DNA of 64,000 nt, taken from an uncultured Pseudomonadota bacterium. Lineage in GTDB: Bacteria > Babelota > Babeliae > Babelales > RVW-14. The notes under the pieces were generated by a model that had not been told where the DNA came from, searched no databases, and saw only the letters and a program-made list of their open reading frames with translations. The first letter of the stretch is position 1, and every line of letters begins with the position of its first letter. The translations under genes and the position numbers were made by a program. Shown piece by piece: positions 8,843 through 17,144 of this stretch. Location: positions 72,627-136,626 of the forward strand of contig CAZHRK010000003.1 in NCBI GenBank assembly GCA_964534555.1. The letters run 5' to 3'.

Positions 8843-10306
8843 GTGAAAATAGCGCTTGTATTGCCGCACCAACTTTTTGAGAAAAGTGAGATTTTAAACG
8901 GTGCTGAAAAAGCAGTTATCGTTGAGCACCCGCATTTTTTTACAGCATTTAAGTATCATAAACAGAAGCTTGTTCTTCACAGGGCGAGCATGCAGTGGTA
9001 CGCAGATTTACTTATCTCTAAGGGTATTTTTGTTGACTATGTTCCGTTTTCAACGCCTTTAGCTGATGCATTTAAACTTATCTCCGACGATGCTGGTCAT
9101 ATGGAAATTGTCATGTATGACCCAATAGAAAAAGCTGTTATTAAAGATATAAAAGCACTTGCTGCAAAGTATAAATGCGAGCTTACGATAGTAGACACCC
9201 CTATGCTTATGACTGAGCGGGCTACGCTTGAAAAGACTTTTGCACAGAAAAAGTCCTACCGCATGGCTGCATTTTATCAGCAGCAGCGTAAACGATTTGG
9301 TATTTTACTTACTAATCATGGAGATCCCGTTGGTGGCAAATGGTCATTTGATGAAGATAATCGTAGTGCGCTACCTAAGGGTATTACGATTCCGCCACTA
9401 CAAATGCCTGATACTACAGCATATGTTAAAAGCGCATTAGCGTATGTTGATAAATATTTTTCAAGCAATCCTGGTGCTGCAGAAAGCTTTATGTATCCAA
9501 TCTCTCATGATGAAGCTCGTGCTGTGCTTAAAGAATTTGTGCATAAACGACTAGCACATTTCGGCCCATATCAGGATGCAATGTCTGCAACGCAGCCGTT
9601 TATTTTCCATTCGCTTCTTTCATCAAGTTTGAATAATGGATTGATCACGCCTCACGAGGTTGTCCAGGATGTATTAGATTATGCCGCACGCAACCATGTT
9701 TCACTGTCATCTGTAGAGGGTTTTGTCAGACAAGTCATTGGATGGCGTGAATTTGTCGCTGGGTTGTATATGACTCATGATGATACAATGCGTTCAAAAA
9801 ACTTTTGGGCGCACACAAAAAAACTGGCATCTGCCTGGTATACGGCTAAAACAGGATTGCTTCCAGTTGATATTGTGATTAAACGCGTTATGAAGTACGC
9901 TTACGCCCACCATATCGAGCGATTAATGGTACTTGGTAATGCTATGCTGCTGTGTCAAACAGATCCAAACGATGTTTATCGCTGGTTTATGGAGCTTTTT
10001 ATAGATGCATATGATTGGGTTATGGTTCCAAATGTTTATGGAATGAGTCAGTTTGCTGACGGCGGAATGCTTGCAAGCAAGCCTTATATTTCGGGTTCAA
10101 ACTATATTAATAAAATGTCTGATTTTGCAGCTGGAGAGTGGGAAGATACGTGGAATGCGCTTTATTGGCATTTTATCGATAAACATAAAGACTACTTTGC
10201 AAAAAATCAGCGTGCATCATTCACCGTGACGACTTTAAATAGAATGAATCCTGAAAAAAGAAATTTATATGCAAAACGAGCTGAGGCTTTTCTTAAAAGT
10301 CTCTAG
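8843..10306 (+). CDS. Cryptochrome/photolyase-related protein (COG3046-like family)
   Basis: The C-terminal block HHIERLMVLGNAMLL...FIDAYDWVMVPNVYGMSQFADGG...KPYISGSNYINKMSDF is collinear with the photolyase-related (FeS-BCP/CryB-type) family. GTG start lies 4 nt after the nitroreductase stop. Confidence 0.75.
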   Translation: MKIALVLPHQLFEKSEILNGAEKAVIVEHPHFFTAFKYHKQKLVLHRASMQWYADLLISKGIFVDYVPFSTPLADAFKLISDDAGHMEIVMYDPIEKAVIKDIKALAAKYKCELTIVDTPMLMTERATLEKTFAQKKSYRMAAFYQQQRKRFGILLTNHGDPVGGKWSFDEDNRSALPKGITIPPLQMPDTTAYVKSALAYVDKYFSSNPGAAESFMYPISHDEARAVLKEFVHKRLAHFGPYQDAMSATQPFIFHSLLSSSLNNGLITPHEVVQDVLDYAARNHVSLSSVEGFVRQVIGWREFVAGLYMTHDDTMRSKNFWAHTKKLASAWYTAKTGLLPVDIVIKRVMKYAYAHHIERLMVLGNAMLLCQTDPNDVYRWFMELFIDAYDWVMVPNVYGMSQFADGGMLASKPYISGSNYINKMSDFAAGEWEDTWNALYWHFIDKHKDYFAKNQRASFTVTTLNRMNPEKRNLYAKRAEAFLKSL

Positions 10307-10335
10307 CTGATGAGGCTATTAGGTGTTTAAAGGTT

Positions 10336-11226
10336 TTGAGTATGCAGGATTTTGAAAAGTTGTATGACGCTTCGTTTGTCCAGAAGCTTATTGAGCATTC
10401 TTGCCCACAGTTTACACGCAAAGACGTTATTCCATTGCCCTCAGCTGGTACTGACAATATTTTATACAGGCTTGGCAGTAACTTGCTTATTCGCCTGCCT
10501 GCATATGATTTGATAGCGATTCAGATTCAGAAGGAGGCGCACTGGTTGCCTCAGTTATCAAAAAAATTGCCTGTTCATGTTCCAACGTGTGTTCTCTTAG
10601 TAGAGCCATCGGAGCTTTTCCCTTGTTATTGGTCTGTTTGGGAATGGATTGAAGGCGACACCGCAGAGCTTAAGGACTGCTTAAATAATGTTTCGTTGTA
10701 TGATGGTCTTTTAGTTTTACTTAAGACATTACGATCAGAAGAAGATAAAAGCATTCCACTCTATGGCCAGCATAATGCCTTTAGGGGGCAGCCGCTTAAG
10801 GAGCGTGATCTTAAAGTTCGCGCTGCGCTTGATAAGATAGTCCACTCCATAGATGGTCATAGCGCGCTTAAAATTTGGTCTGATGCGCTGGAGTCTGAGT
10901 GTGGTACAAGTGATCTTAGGTTAATTCATGGCGATCTACATCCGCATAATCTTTTAATTAAAGAGGGTGCGCTTGCGGCTGTTATTGACTGGGGACTTAT
11001 GGGGCGGGGTGACCCCGCGTGTGATCTTATGGCTGCCTGGACATTATTTGATCGTCAGCAACGGATTAATTTAAAAAGAGATTTAGCGGTAAGCGATTCA
11101 GAATGGTTGCGAGCTCGAGGGTGGGCGCTCTCTTTTTCTGTGCTGATTTTAGATTTTTATGGCGGTAAGAATAATTACTTATATGACCTTGGGCTGCATG
11201 TTATGCGCGAGTTATTAAGCGATTGA
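10336..11226 (+). CDS. Aminoglycoside/choline-kinase-type phosphotransferase (APH family)
   Basis: LIHGDLHPHNLLI...VIDWGLMGRGDPACDL contains the HGDxxxxN catalytic loop and the D-x-G metal-binding motif of the APH fold. An alternative ATG is at 10342. Confidence 0.75.
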   Translation: MSMQDFEKLYDASFVQKLIEHSCPQFTRKDVIPLPSAGTDNILYRLGSNLLIRLPAYDLIAIQIQKEAHWLPQLSKKLPVHVPTCVLLVEPSELFPCYWSVWEWIEGDTAELKDCLNNVSLYDGLLVLLKTLRSEEDKSIPLYGQHNAFRGQPLKERDLKVRAALDKIVHSIDGHSALKIWSDALESECGTSDLRLIHGDLHPHNLLIKEGALAAVIDWGLMGRGDPACDLMAAWTLFDRQQRINLKRDLAVSDSEWLRARGWALSFSVLILDFYGGKNNYLYDLGLHVMRELLSD

Positions 11227-11255
11227 ACATCAAGAAGGTTCTGCACATTTAAAAA

Positions 11256-11273
11256 GGGGACGCTTGCGTCCCC
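11256..11273. terminator. Short GC hairpin between convergent genes
   Basis: ggggacgc-tt-gcgtcccc preceded by aaaaa. It sits between the stops at 11226 (+) and 11278 (-). Confidence 0.55.
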
Positions 11274-11277
11274 GCTA

Positions 11278-11904
11278 CTATTTTGCGTATCTAATGATGC
11301 TTAGTTTGCTTGTAGCAATTTTAGCTGCATAAACAGAGAGCGTAAGTACCAAGGTGCTTACAAGGCGTTCGTAAGCAACGACAGGAATCAGCCCTATCCA
11401 GAATTCAGGGGTTGTTTGCGTGCTGTATATCCATATAACGCTTCCCACCGCGTGAGCGACAAATGTGGCTTGAAGTGCTTTTGCTAGAATGCTTTCATAA
11501 TTTAATAATGATAATCCTGCAGGAATCAGCCAGTATAATGTGTAAACCCATGCTTCAGCACCGTTGGGGTTGTTTATAAAAAGTGCCATGCACATGAGTG
11601 GGAGCAGTGTGTTGATAACAACTGATGCTGCTCGTGATGATTGATTTGCAGCAAGGCTTAACGCTGCTGCAGCTGTTGGAATGCCGAGCGTTATAGGCAG
11701 GCTGCCAAGTATAATTTTTGCAACCGCTAAAAAACCAAAACTAATAATAAGAGGGCTTATTGCTGTTATTGCTCCAAGCACAGGCAGTAGCAGCGCGCTG
11801 ATGCTGATTTTGTATGCCCCAATACCCAAAAGCTTAATACCACCAACCCAATTCAGGCTCATAATCAGACTTGTAGTGCCAAGTGTTATTAGATACTTTT
11901 TCAT
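11278..11904 (-). CDS. Multi-pass integral membrane protein, function unknown; co-oriented with folA-thyA
   Basis: 208 aa, almost entirely hydrophobic segments. It starts 15 nt after the folA stop and is followed by a hairpin. Confidence 0.6.
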   Translation of the reverse strand: MKKYLITLGTTSLIMSLNWVGGIKLLGIGAYKISISALLLPVLGAITAISPLIISFGFLAVAKIILGSLPITLGIPTAAAALSLAANQSSRAASVVINTLLPLMCMALFINNPNGAEAWVYTLYWLIPAGLSLLNYESILAKALQATFVAHAVGSVIWIYSTQTTPEFWIGLIPVVAYERLVSTLVLTLSVYAAKIATSKLSIIRYAK

Positions 11905-11919
11905 GAATAAAAGTCCTTT

Positions 11920-12405
11920 TTAAGCGTTATTAATTTGTGTCATGTTTTTTCGTGTATAAAGTACGCGTGTGAATTCAGGGTGCTCAATAACTTCTATTGA
12001 TTCCCAGCTAGATGCATCAAATGCGGGAAAAAATACATCACCATCATAATCATGTTTGATATAGCTTATATAAAGCCTGTCTGCTATCGGCAGAAACTGT
12101 TCATACGTATACGCGCCACCAATAATAAAAATGTCTGTTCCATGACTGTATGCTTTATTCAGTGCTTCTTGAGCTGAAGTACAGATCTCAACGCCGCTGA
12201 TAGTAATATTTTCATGACTCAGAACAATATTATGACGGTTGGGAAGCGGGCGTCCAATCGATTGATAGGTTTTAAGACCCATTATGACAGTATGGCCTGT
12301 TGTGAGTGATTTGAAATTTTTTAATTCATCTGGAATGTTCCATGGTAGGTTATTCCCCTTCCCGATGACGCCTTTTGAGGTCATTGCTGTGATGATATAA
12401 ATCAT
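11920..12405 (-). CDS. folA: Dihydrofolate reductase
   Basis: MIYIITAMTSKGVIGKGNNLPWNIPDELKNFKSLTTGHTVIMGLKTYQSIGRPLPNRHNIVLS is the canonical DHFR N-terminus. It overlaps the thyA stop by 4 nt. Confidence 0.9.
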   Translation of the reverse strand: MIYIITAMTSKGVIGKGNNLPWNIPDELKNFKSLTTGHTVIMGLKTYQSIGRPLPNRHNIVLSHENITISGVEICTSAQEALNKAYSHGTDIFIIGGAYTYEQFLPIADRLYISYIKHDYDGDVFFPAFDASSWESIEVIEHPEFTRVLYTRKNMTQINNA

Positions 12406-13268
12406 ACTGCTATCTCAAATTTAATAGTTGGTTGGCTGACGTAATCAATCACTGTTGAATCTTCTGCTTTCCACTCAAAAATAGATGTAAATGGTTCAGT
12501 TACAATGCGAGGGAGCGGGGTGGGGATGCGTTGTATTTGTTCATTTGCCCCTTCTAGGTGATTGATATAAATATGTGCATCAGCTAAAAATCCTATAACT
12601 TTACCCTCTTTGAGGCCAGCTTCTTTTGCAAGCAGATGAAGGAGGAGTGAATAACTTGCAATATTAAAAGGTAATCCGAGCATGATATCAACAGATCGTT
12701 GATTCCATAAAAGATTTAATTTGCTTTCAATCACAGTTAGCTGAAATGCGTAGTGACATGGTGGTAACGCCATCTCATCAAGCGCTAACGGATTCCAAGC
12801 TGATACCAGCATACGCCGACTTGAAGGGTCTGCTTTTAATGTCTGCACAACTTTCTTGAGTTGATCGTACCCTTGATTAATATATTCTTGATCAAACGAG
12901 GTATAGCGCGCTCCAAAATGTCTCCACTGAAAACCATAAATTGGTCCAAGGTCGCGCTCTTCAAGCATTTTTTGCTTCGCCTCTGAGCTGTGGCCATAAG
13001 GAGCTTTTTGTGGGTATGCCCACTCATCCCAGATGTGATTATTTCTTTCTTGAAGCCATTTTTTATCTGTTATTCCTTTGATAAAAAATTCTAGCTCTGA
13101 TGCAACAAGTTTAAAGGGCACTCTTTTTGTTGTGAGCAACGGGAAGCCATTTTCAAGGTCATGCTCAAACATTAACCCAGCAACAGTAAGCGCATCAATA
13201 CTTGTTCTATTGCTTTTGCGTATGCCATAAGCAAGTACATGTCGTACAATATCAAGATATGACTTCAT
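12402..13268 (-). CDS. thyA: Thymidylate synthase (ThyA type)
   Basis: Contains GFPLLTTKRV, DLGPIYGFQWRHFG, and PPCH in LPPCHYAFQ. The ORF extends to a GTG at 13301, but the ATG at 13268 (MKSYLDIV...) matches the usual ThyA N-terminus. Confidence 0.92.
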   Translation of the reverse strand: MKSYLDIVRHVLAYGIRKSNRTSIDALTVAGLMFEHDLENGFPLLTTKRVPFKLVASELEFFIKGITDKKWLQERNNHIWDEWAYPQKAPYGHSSEAKQKMLEERDLGPIYGFQWRHFGARYTSFDQEYINQGYDQLKKVVQTLKADPSSRRMLVSAWNPLALDEMALPPCHYAFQLTVIESKLNLLWNQRSVDIMLGLPFNIASYSLLLHLLAKEAGLKEGKVIGFLADAHIYINHLEGANEQIQRIPTPLPRIVTEPFTSIFEWKAEDSTVIDYVSQPTIKFEIAV

Positions 13269-13385
13269 TGAAAACTCTGTCGCAATAAAGGATTGAAACA
13301 CATTTTACTCTTACTTGTACATTACCATAAAACCACTTGAGCGTAAAAAATTAGCTGCCAGGTATTTCATGTGACAATCTTTTTC

Positions 13386-14654
13386 TCAGCTTAACTCAGG
13401 ATATCCGCATGAGAAGAGTAATGCGCATTCTTTCAGAGCGGTAGTAATTTTTGAAGATTGATAAAGAGTGCGCGCTTTTTCAAATTCAGCTTTTTTTTGA
13501 CTGAGAGCTTCTTCTGAGATAAGACCAGCAAGATATTCTAATCTTTTTTTGTTATATGAGTTTTTATTTTTTAAATAGGTAACTCTTTGTGCTTTCAGAA
13601 AATTTAAGCTTTTCTGAAACTCGTAGTAGTTGTCAGAGACGTTTTGTGCAATCTCAAGCTGAAGTTGTTCGTTTTCTAAGATCTGACGAGTTTTTTCTGC
13701 CTGTGCAGCAAGTTCTTGAAAATAGCTCACAGTGCCATCAAATATATTCCATGATGCCGTGAGCCCAAAGCTATAAGTCCCTTGGTTCTTTTTGAGTTGG
13801 TTTGCCACTGTGGGATAGTGAGAAAATCCAGCATCTGCTTGAGCTGCAATTATTGGTAGACGAGCAGATTGTGTTATTTTTTCACTGAGTTTAAGCGCAT
13901 GTACTTTTTTAATGCTGCTTTTTAAGTCTGGACGGTTTTTAATTGCTTGCTCTTGATACCATGCAAGCGGTTTAATCGTATGCGGCTTTTTTTGTTTCCA
14001 TGTCAGCTTTGTGTTATCAAGTGGCGCTGCAATTAAAAGACTGAGCTTATTGCGCGCAGCTAAATAGTCATGCGCATAATTTTGCACAGAGATAATATCA
14101 TTAGAATAATCACTTATTTGCTCAAGATATGTTTGTTTGTTAATAAGTGAAATTTTTCGTTCTCTTTTTGTTTTGTCATAAGTTATAGCAGCTGATTTTT
14201 TTAGTGCATGGGTAAATGCTTGCTGCTGCTGAATGTCATAGTATTCGAGAAATGATTTTTCAACTGCGAATCTGATGGTGTGCGCTTCTCGCTCACGGTA
14301 CCCCTCTTGGATTTCAGCTTCAGTAGTGCCTCTTTCGTATTTTGTTAGTGGCCCAGCATGCTGGAAAATGAGTTGCTGAGCATGGAGTATTGTCGTATTG
14401 CCAAATGAACTTTCTCCCTTATGTTGAGAGAGGTCGCTTGAAATGCTAACTGTCGGCGCATATGCAACAAGCTCGCTTTTTGCTCGAAACTGAGACGCTT
14501 GAATTCCTGCAGCAACTGCTTTAAGGGATGGTCGATTTACAAGGGCGTTTTGTACCGCCTGGTCTATTGTCAGATTATGTGCATGAGTTTGACTCATAGC
14601 TATTATAAAGATACTTAATAAAAAAAAACTATACGCAAGCGATGTCTTCATCAT
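13386..14654 (-). CDS. TolC-family outer-membrane efflux protein
   Basis: Signal peptide, then LTIDQAVQNALVNRPSLKAVAAGIQASQFRAK, the typical OEP-family opening. 422 aa with two coiled-coil-rich halves. Confidence 0.75.
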   Translation of the reverse strand: MMKTSLAYSFFLLSIFIIAMSQTHAHNLTIDQAVQNALVNRPSLKAVAAGIQASQFRAKSELVAYAPTVSISSDLSQHKGESSFGNTTILHAQQLIFQHAGPLTKYERGTTEAEIQEGYREREAHTIRFAVEKSFLEYYDIQQQQAFTHALKKSAAITYDKTKRERKISLINKQTYLEQISDYSNDIISVQNYAHDYLAARNKLSLLIAAPLDNTKLTWKQKKPHTIKPLAWYQEQAIKNRPDLKSSIKKVHALKLSEKITQSARLPIIAAQADAGFSHYPTVANQLKKNQGTYSFGLTASWNIFDGTVSYFQELAAQAEKTRQILENEQLQLEIAQNVSDNYYEFQKSLNFLKAQRVTYLKNKNSYNKKRLEYLAGLISEEALSQKKAEFEKARTLYQSSKITTALKECALLFSCGYPELS

Positions 14655-14756
14655 GAGATGGGTTCTTTCTTGCTTATTGCCCTAAGTAATTTTGCAGAAT
14701 TATTACAGTACATTAATCACCTTAAGCAAGCAAACCCTTTCTGTCTATAAAGCAAA

Positions 14757-14787
14757 AAGCCTGCGGATATTATTATCCACAGGCTTT
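14757..14787 (-). terminator. Rho-independent terminator downstream of the 14810-16003 gene
   Basis: agcctgcggat-attatt-atccacaggct with one mismatch. On the minus strand the stem is followed by tttttgcttt. Confidence 0.65.
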
Positions 14788-14809
14788 TAAGGTAGTTGCT
14801 TGTACTCTA

Positions 14810-16003
14810 TTAGAACGTTGCAGAGCCAAAGACCCCAAATGCTCCAGCTACTTTGCGCATTGTTGTACCCGCAAGATCGATTCTTTTAGGGTGCATAGTG
14901 CTTATATTAAGAATGAATCCAAACATATCATTCTTAAAATACTTACCGTTTGTTAATGCATCCTGAAAGCCCATGCGTAGTTCGCCATTGAAAATATTTT
15001 GTGGAGCGATTCTAAGTGCATTACCGCGGATTTCTGGCGCCACAACAAGGCCATTAAAGTCAACTCGGTCATTTGCAGCGACTAATGCGCTTAATGTGTC
15101 AATACCGGTAGCTTTTTGTTGGGTGAGTAAATCATATCGAGCTTCAAGGTCGATAAAGAACAATTTATAGCGGTAACCTAGCATTCCGTAACCACCGAGC
15201 TGAAAAAAGTCTCTGCGTTTTGCGATGGTTGGAGTAATTTTGTACTGAGGGTACAGTATCGCAGAAATGGTATCGGATATGAGATTAGCTATGTTTGTTG
15301 AAGCAAAAGGCTCTTCTTTTAGAAAAGAGACATGCATTTTATTCATGCCAAAAAATTCGCGAGCTTGGCCGCCAAAAATTAGATCAAGATTATGTTTTTT
15401 AGTATTAACACATTTGATTTGTAAATCGGCACCAAATCCTGCGCTGTGGGCTCTTTCCCCGGTTGTGCCTTTGTAAATATCTGATTTTCGTATGATTGAT
15501 AGTGTTGAACCATCAAGCTGGCCAAATACATATGGGGTAAGGCGCAGATGATCATTGTCGATTGCAATCCACTCTGTTCCCATAAAGAAAAACGGGAAGA
15601 CCTCATTACGTGATGATGCTTTCATTGTTTCTACAGCTTGTGAATTTTTGCTGTAGACGGCATATCTGTTTATATTGCTGCCAACGCCGACTCTAACACC
15701 CGTCTGCAGAGATAAGCCATCAACTAACCCATAAAGCTTTTGATCATATCTGAAATCAACAGTAGATGCATTAGAGCTAGACGGATCATTATCAAGGCTT
15801 ATTGATGAAAAGCTGCTTATTCTTAGGTTAGCGCCATTTTTACTTTTGCGCTTGAGAGCAAACGTTCTGGAGTGTTCTTCCATTCTCGTTGTCACAGTAT
15901 GAACTGGAATATTGTTAAATGACAAAGAGTGTTCAAAGGCTGAGAGGTTTGAGCCTAAGCAAAAAACAACCCATAAAAAACCAAAAAGAAACATAATAAA
16001 CAT
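14810..16003 (-). CDS. Putative outer-membrane beta-barrel protein
   Basis: N-terminal signal peptide, alternating beta-strand-like pattern with Gly/aromatic richness, and a C-terminal ...GVFGSATF ending in Phe (OMP signature). No named family recognised. Confidence 0.55.
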   Translation of the reverse strand: MFIMFLFGFLWVVFCLGSNLSAFEHSLSFNNIPVHTVTTRMEEHSRTFALKRKSKNGANLRISSFSSISLDNDPSSSNASTVDFRYDQKLYGLVDGLSLQTGVRVGVGSNINRYAVYSKNSQAVETMKASSRNEVFPFFFMGTEWIAIDNDHLRLTPYVFGQLDGSTLSIIRKSDIYKGTTGERAHSAGFGADLQIKCVNTKKHNLDLIFGGQAREFFGMNKMHVSFLKEEPFASTNIANLISDTISAILYPQYKITPTIAKRRDFFQLGGYGMLGYRYKLFFIDLEARYDLLTQQKATGIDTLSALVAANDRVDFNGLVVAPEIRGNALRIAPQNIFNGELRMGFQDALTNGKYFKNDMFGFILNISTMHPKRIDLAGTTMRKVAGAFGVFGSATF

Positions 16004-16024
16004 GCTCCAGGTAATTTGTGTTAT

Positions 16025-17056
16025 CTACATGTAAAGCTGAAGTTTTTTCAGCAACTCTGACGGGGTCAATGCTATCATGCAATCGCGCTCGGGTCCATGG
16101 GTTTTTTTATACCGGTGATTACAAGGAATCTGTATAGCACGCTCTTTATTGGCAGGTGTAATGAACGGCCCGTGCCTGTCTTTTAGGGTAGGGCCAAATA
16201 GCGTTAGCGCGCTGCCCCCAATAAAATCGACCAGGTGCATAAGTCCTGTATCTGGGCCAACAACAAGGTGGGCTTTGCTTAGCGCGTAAGCTGTTGTTGC
16301 AAGATCCCACGCCGGCATGATGCCGTGATGCAGATTATTTTGGGTAGCATAAAGCGCTAAGCTTGATGCAGCTGGGCCATAGGTGGTGCCTACAATCACA
16401 GGAAGCGCCGGGCCAGTGTAACTCTTCAGAAGCGCTTGCCAGTGCTCTTGTGGCCAATGTTTTGATTCCCATGTTGTATTTGGGCATACCGCAATGAAGT
16501 TGCTTCCAATTTTATTGATCCATTCATTAACAAGCTGTTTGTTTTCCTCTGATATATCTACCTTAAAACTCTTTGCAAGGGCTAAAAGGCTTGGCTGAGA
16601 TGCCTGTGGAGCCAGTGTGTGACACACAAAACTAGCCAGGGATAAGTTCTTTTGAATAATATTTATGTACTCAACATCTGTTTTTTTGTCGGTAAATAAG
16701 CTGCTTGGCGCCCAGCGGGCGTGCTTCCAGGAAAACCCAAATTTAGTGCCACGTAATCTGCTAATAATAACTGATGTTTTGATCAGGCCTTGAAAATCGA
16801 TAATAGCATCCCACTCAACAGCCCTGAGTGTCTGAATTGTCTTTCCGAGCGCGCTCCAGTTCATTGGGTACAGATAGTTATCTGGGATGATATGGAGGGT
16901 ATTAATGAGCGGATTATTTACTAAAAGGCTAGCAGCTTTTTTTTGAACAACCCAATCGATAGTCGCATGAGGAATGAGTTGTTTGATAAGCAAAAGCGCC
17001 GGAAGCGTATGAATAACATCACCAATAGATGAAACTCGAATAATAAGAATTCTCAT
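16025..17056 (-). CDS. LPS heptosyltransferase (glycosyltransferase family 9)
   Basis: MRILIIRVSSIGDVIHTLPALLLIKQLIPHATIDWVV is the canonical WaaC/WaaF-type N-terminus. DTGLMHL lies in the C-terminal half. Confidence 0.85.
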   Translation of the reverse strand: MRILIIRVSSIGDVIHTLPALLLIKQLIPHATIDWVVQKKAASLLVNNPLINTLHIIPDNYLYPMNWSALGKTIQTLRAVEWDAIIDFQGLIKTSVIISRLRGTKFGFSWKHARWAPSSLFTDKKTDVEYINIIQKNLSLASFVCHTLAPQASQPSLLALAKSFKVDISEENKQLVNEWINKIGSNFIAVCPNTTWESKHWPQEHWQALLKSYTGPALPVIVGTTYGPAASSLALYATQNNLHHGIMPAWDLATTAYALSKAHLVVGPDTGLMHLVDFIGGSALTLFGPTLKDRHGPFITPANKERAIQIPCNHRYKKTHGPERDCMIALTPSELLKKLQLYM

Positions 17057-17144
17057 TATTACATCTCATGAGCAAACTCGAAAAAATTACAACTTTGCTG
17101 TAGTATCACAAAAATAGATCAAGCTGAGAAGGAGAGGGGAGCTA

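Noticed and set aside
14772-14780. A perfect DnaA-box consensus, TTATCCACA.
   Set aside because: It is a single isolated copy that forms one arm of a terminator hairpin between two outer-membrane protein genes, 48 kb from dnaA. There are no neighbouring boxes and no AT-rich unwinding element, so it is most likely chance.
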